This document shows, one piece after another, positions 29,201 to 32,000 of a stretch of 32,000 bases of DNA (its first letter is position 1; each line of letters begins with the position of its first letter). The stretch lies in contig NZ_BCZP01000008.1 of the NCBI RefSeq assembly GCF_001598795.1, positions 60,001 through 92,000 on the forward strand, in the 5' to 3' direction. This DNA comes from Delftia acidovorans NBRC 14950. GTDB lineage: Bacteria > Pseudomonadota > Gammaproteobacteria > Burkholderiales > Burkholderiaceae_C. A program made the translations under genes and the position numbers. Under the pieces are notes generated by a model that saw only the letters and a program-made list of their open reading frames with translations, was not told the DNA's origin and did no database searches.

Positions 29201-32000
29201 CGCCGTCGAGGAACTGGACTTTGCGGCCTTCGAAGCTGCCATGCGCGACAGCGAGCAGGAGGCCCTGGCCGTCGTCGCGGGCGACCCGCCCGCGTTGCCC
29301 GAGGCCGTCGCCATCGAAGCCGAAGCCATCGAGGCCGAAGCTGGAACTGAAACTGAAACTGAAGCACCGCAAGCCGCCGTGCCCCTGGCGCCTTTCGAGG
29401 GGCTGGACCTGGATCTGGGCCTGACACCGGCAGCGGCACCCGCCGAAGCGATCGAGATGATCGCGGTGCCAGAAACGGTTGAGGCGGTTGAAGCGCCAGA
29501 AGCGGTTGAAGCGGTTGAAGCATCCGACGCAGTCGAGTCGGTCAAGGCGCTCGAGGTGCCCGAGGCAGAAACCCCGCAGGCCGAAGAGTCCGGCGACGAG
29601 GATCTGTCCGGCATCGACGCCGATGGCTTCAAGGTCGTGGATGGCCTGCGCATCAGTGCGCCGCTGTACAACGTCTACCTCAACGAGGCCGACGAATGGT
29701 CGCGCCGCCTGGACCTGACGCTGCAGCAATGGGCGACCGAGCCCGGCGAGCCCGTGCCCGACGACGCCGTCGCCTTTGCGCATTCGCTGGCCGGAAGCTC
29801 GGCCACCGTGGGCTTCAAGGCCTTGTCGGATCTGGCGCGCCTGCTGGAACATACGCTGACCCATCTGCAGCCGCAGCGCTGTGGCACGCCCGACCAGGTT
29901 GCCGCCTGCGTGGCGGCCTCCGACGAAGTGCAGCGCCTGCTGCACCAGTTCGCCGCCGGTTTCCTCAAGACGCCCCAGCCGGGCGTGGAAGAAGCCCTGC
30001 AGGCGCTGCTGGCGCTGGACATCGAGGCCGCAGACGCGCCGGACAGCCGCCTGGACGCGCTGGAGCAGCTGGACCAACTGGACCAACTGGAGCCTCAGGA
30101 AGCCAGCCATGGCACGGACGCCGTGCTCGACGCCGGTGCCCAGGCGCAGACACCGTCGGTGGCGCCCCTGGCCTACTCCATGCGCCCCCTGGTCAACGAT
30201 GCGCGCCACGAAGCCGAGCTGCAGCGCCGCATCGACGAGGCCATCGCCCATGCCGTGGCCGTGGGCAGCGACCTGGACGATGACATCGATGCGCTGGACG
30301 AGGTCGATCCCGACCTGTTCCCCATCTTCGAGGAAGAGGCCATCGAGCTGCTGCCCCGCCTGGGCGCCGCGCTGCGCCGCTGGCATGGCCGGCCCTCGCT
30401 GGACGAGGCGCGCCACGAAACCCTGCGCGCCCTGCACACGCTCAAGGGCAGTGCCCGGCTGGCGGGCGCCATGCGCCTGGGCGAGATGGCCCACCGCCTT
30501 GAATCTGCCGTGGAGCGGGTCGATGGCGAATCTCCGACCGCCGAGCAGATCGAGCCCTTGCTGGGCAGCTTCGACGCGCTGCAGGCCGGCTTCGACGTGC
30601 TGCGCGTGGCCGGTGAGCAGGCGCAGGAAGCGCCGCTGGACCTGGGCGATGAAATCTCCCACGACGAGCCCGCAGCGGCTGCGGCCTCCGACGCATCGGC
30701 AGCGGCTGGATCACCGGCGGCCGCGGCCCCTGTGCCAGCGCCTGTCACTGCGCCGCTGCGCGCCGGTGCCCAGCAGACGGTGCGCGTGCGCGCCCAGCTG
30801 CTGGACCGCCTGATCAGCCAGGCTGGCGAGGTGCTGATTGCGCGCTCGCGTGTCGATGCGCGCCTGGCCCAGGCCCGTGGCTCGCTGGACGAGCTGGCCG
30901 GCAACCTGGAGCGCCTGCGCATGCAGCTGCGCGACATCGAGGTCCAGGCCGAGAGCCAGATGCAGTCGCGCCTGGCCCTGTCCAAGGACTCGGCCGTGGG
31001 CTTCGACCCGCTGGAGTTCGACCGCTTCACGCGCGTGCAGGAACTCACCCGCATGATGGCCGAGTCGGTCAACGACGTGGCCACCGTGCAGCGCAACCTG
31101 CAGCGCGACATGGCCGGCGCCGAGGACGACCTGGTCGCCCAGGGCCGCCAGGCCCGCGAGTTGCAGCGCGACCTGCTGCGCACGCGCATGGTGGAGTTCG
31201 ACTCCCTGGCCGAGCGCCTGTACGCCGTGGTCCGCCAGACCTCCAAGGAGATGGGCAAGCAGGTGCGGCTGAACATCCTGGGTGGCACCATTGAAATGGA
31301 CCGGGGCATGCTGGACCGCATGATGCCGGCCTTCGAGCACTTGCTGCGCAACTGCGTGGCCCACGGCATCGAGTCGCCCGAGCAGCGTGCCGCCGCAGGC
31401 AAGCCCGCCATGGGCACCATTGAAATCATCCTGAGCCAGGAGCGCAACGACGTGGCGCTGTCGGTGGAGGACGATGGCGCCGGCCTGAACCTGCAGCGCA
31501 TCCGCGACAAGGCCGTGGCCCAGGGCCTGTGGCCCGAGGACCAGACGCTGACGGAGCAGGACGCCGGCCGCCTGATCTTCGAGCCCGGCTTCACCACGGC
31601 CACCGAGGTGACCGGCGTGGCCGGGCGCGGCATCGGCATGGACGTGGTGCGCTCCGAAGTCAACGCGCTGGGCGGCCGCATCGAAACCCACAGCGAGGCG
31701 GGCCGGGGCAGTGCCTTCCGCCTCGTGCTGCCGCTGACGACCGCCGTCACCCAGGTGGTCATGCTGCGCGCGGGCCAGTTGCTGGTCGGCGTGCCCGCCA
31801 GCCTGGTGGAAATCGTGCGCCGCGCGCCGCTGGAGCTGCTGCAGCAGGCCTATGCCAGCCACAGCTTCGAAGACGGCAGCGAGACCCTGCCTTTCTACTG
31901 GGCCGGCGCGCTGTGGCAGTCCTCGCTGCGCAGCGAGGAAACCGTGGGCCGCACCCGGCCCGTGGTCATCCTGCGCAGCGCGGCGCAGCGCATCGCGCTG
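26295..32000 (+). CDS. chpA: ChpA/PilL-type multi-Hpt CheA-family hybrid histidine kinase, 3'-truncated by the window edge
   Basis: Frame 0 is open from ATG 26295 to the window end (1902 codons), and the track omits it because it is unterminated. Hpt-type motifs lie at His codons 26511 (LHQACGALEMVGL), 28626 (FHTLKGSSRMVG), 29781 (AHSLAGSSATVGF) and 30435 (LHTLKGSARLAG). The CheA dimerisation/ATPase core follows: HLLRNCVAHGIE about 31335, DDGAGL about 31470, GRGIGMDVV about 31625. The start of the CheW-like domain is at the edge. Confidence 0.92.
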   Translation, partial: MSVVDESQTGAAQAAHTEQDLGPLAWVLDELRKSLEGASKAVARFVRDADAARASDLEELDTSALRIARQQLHQACGALEMVGLGSPALVLRGMESAVQRFVQRPELCTDQAAATLERASFALIEYLETVLAGKTVSAVALFPQYRDTQALAGNDKVHPADLWPAERRAREPEWARQPEPLAYGPDARALLDGVVLRMVKSDDREAAAQMRDLCLRFAVGQTEDVTARSFWKVAAGFFDAQSRGMIVVDLYVKRMASRVLMQYAAMAKGDRTPPARLLQDLLFFCAQARPAEQAGAALQAVRQAYGMQAQPQVDYQQTRFGRYDPAVLVQARKRITTAADTWSALAGGDRARTKTVVDQFAQVAESLVKLHPASHGLARMLIKVAETVARIGEPPPAELAMEVATSVLYLQAAFATMDMGDEELAEQSANLVQRLEESLQGAPARPLEPWMEELYRQASDHQTMGSVVGELRATLAEAERHLDQYFRNPADATVLAPVSGQMAQMRGVLSVLGLDQATQAMQRMRETVERLVLGEIDDAERPQVFEKLGNSLGAMGFLIDMLSYQRSMARKLFVYDEAEGGLRILMGRRGHRADDAGKAPEQLPALDTAAVPPQREAVAVAQPLPVPQDAIAEPQFAAPTTPPPPPPAPVDIATEPLAQPAAAEQDALADAAELAQFAKALEAPAEPVFQLDQSLAEPEPAAESAPETVSESVSASVSEPVPPPAGLSVSEEDSDDELLGIFLEEAREVVDNGLQALRALADEPGNLSEQTTLRRAFHTLKGSSRMVGLDEFGEAGWAMEQMLNAWLAEQKAMPQPMQELASDALRAFGAWASAIERHQADAWQATPFRAAADAMRLEGLRADVALVPRTPRAEPLAQPEPELEPAPAPAAIEEFAPVAQEPQAEHLDVPEQATPAQPVQPVQTSGELDFALDFDLLEPDPQPSAAAPQESLETLTPQAAEAPAELATDAVEELDFAAFEAAMRDSEQEALAVVAGDPPALPEAVAIEAEAIEAEAGTETETEAPQAAVPLAPFEGLDLDLGLTPAAAPAEAIEMIAVPETVEAVEAPEAVEAVEASDAVESVKALEVPEAETPQAEESGDEDLSGIDADGFKVVDGLRISAPLYNVYLNEADEWSRRLDLTLQQWATEPGEPVPDDAVAFAHSLAGSSATVGFKALSDLARLLEHTLTHLQPQRCGTPDQVAACVAASDEVQRLLHQFAAGFLKTPQPGVEEALQALLALDIEAADAPDSRLDALEQLDQLDQLEPQEASHGTDAVLDAGAQAQTPSVAPLAYSMRPLVNDARHEAELQRRIDEAIAHAVAVGSDLDDDIDALDEVDPDLFPIFEEEAIELLPRLGAALRRWHGRPSLDEARHETLRALHTLKGSARLAGAMRLGEMAHRLESAVERVDGESPTAEQIEPLLGSFDALQAGFDVLRVAGEQAQEAPLDLGDEISHDEPAAAAASDASAAAGSPAAAAPVPAPVTAPLRAGAQQTVRVRAQLLDRLISQAGEVLIARSRVDARLAQARGSLDELAGNLERLRMQLRDIEVQAESQMQSRLALSKDSAVGFDPLEFDRFTRVQELTRMMAESVNDVATVQRNLQRDMAGAEDDLVAQGRQARELQRDLLRTRMVEFDSLAERLYAVVRQTSKEMGKQVRLNILGGTIEMDRGMLDRMMPAFEHLLRNCVAHGIESPEQRAAAGKPAMGTIEIILSQERNDVALSVEDDGAGLNLQRIRDKAVAQGLWPEDQTLTEQDAGRLIFEPGFTTATEVTGVAGRGIGMDVVRSEVNALGGRIETHSEAGRGSAFRLVLPLTTAVTQVVMLRAGQLLVGVPASLVEIVRRAPLELLQQAYASHSFEDGSETLPFYWAGALWQSSLRSEETVGRTRPVVILRSAAQRIAL
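29469..29522 (+). repeat. 27-nt tandem duplication inside the chpA linker (PE[T/A]VEAVEA x2)
   Basis: ccagaaacggttgaggcggttgaagcg (29469-29495) is followed by ccagaagcggttgaagcggttgaagca (29496-29522), with 3 mismatches in 27. Nearby short in-frame repeats are (gaaact)3 at about 29344-29365, ccc gtc cag x2 at about 29047-29064, and ctggaccaa x2 at about 30069-30086. Confidence 0.9.

Noticed and set aside
26298-30662. A 1454-aa ORF on the minus strand, the longest complete ORF listed in this part of the track.
   Set aside because: It lies exactly antisense to chpA, whose plus-strand frame shows clear Hpt and CheA motifs. Its translation is Arg/Gly/Leu/Gln-rich low-complexity sequence, typical of stop-codon-poor antisense frames in high-GC DNA. 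The same applies to 15818..17836 (antisense purH), 5925..8255 and 6877..8091 (antisense and alternative frames of the MFS gene), 8559..11039 (antisense amidohydrolase), 3085..4635 (antisense OMF), 20021-region plus-strand ORFs antisense to hemL, and 23998..26196 (antisense pilJ).

Overview
This is a high-GC, densely coding chromosomal segment that looks betaproteobacterial (Comamonadaceae-like by protein similarity and by a characteristic intergenic repeat). From left to right it contains the following.

1. An HME-type RND efflux module: the 3' end of the adaptor, a CzcA/CusA-like pump, and a TolC-family outer-membrane factor carrying an (Ala-Thr)14 repeat. It is followed by a FixL/FixJ-style two-component pair.
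2. A LysR regulator divergent from a six-gene minus-strand cluster: pirin, YcaC-like isochorismatase-family hydrolase, XapX-like peptide, Tat-exported amidohydrolase, DoxX, and an MFS transporter with an extra C-terminal domain.
3. A YqaA-family membrane protein and a lipoprotein.
4. The conserved dusB-fis-purH block, followed by a membrane-anchored c-type cytochrome and tag.
5. A roughly 1.1 kb stretch of lower coding density (18.94-20.02 kb) with a palindromic repeat element, a strongly structured non-coding stretch and an acidic orphan ORF.
6. hemL and a ThiD-family kinase on the minus strand.
7. Rubredoxin followed by the twitching-motility chemosensory cluster pilG-pilH-pilI-pilJ-chpA, with chpA running off the 3' edge.

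Two real genes are missing from the supplied ORF track. Rubredoxin is only 57 aa, and chpA is open-ended in frame 0 from 26295.

I saw no transposase, integrase, phage genes, CRISPR array, tRNA or rRNA, and no recognisable multi-gene defence or toxin system. Most of the window is ordinary core genome. The sequence least explained by coding features is 18.94-20.02 kb, especially 19321-19500, where two 17-bp helices are mutually exclusive. Many long ORFs in the track are antisense artefacts of high GC content.
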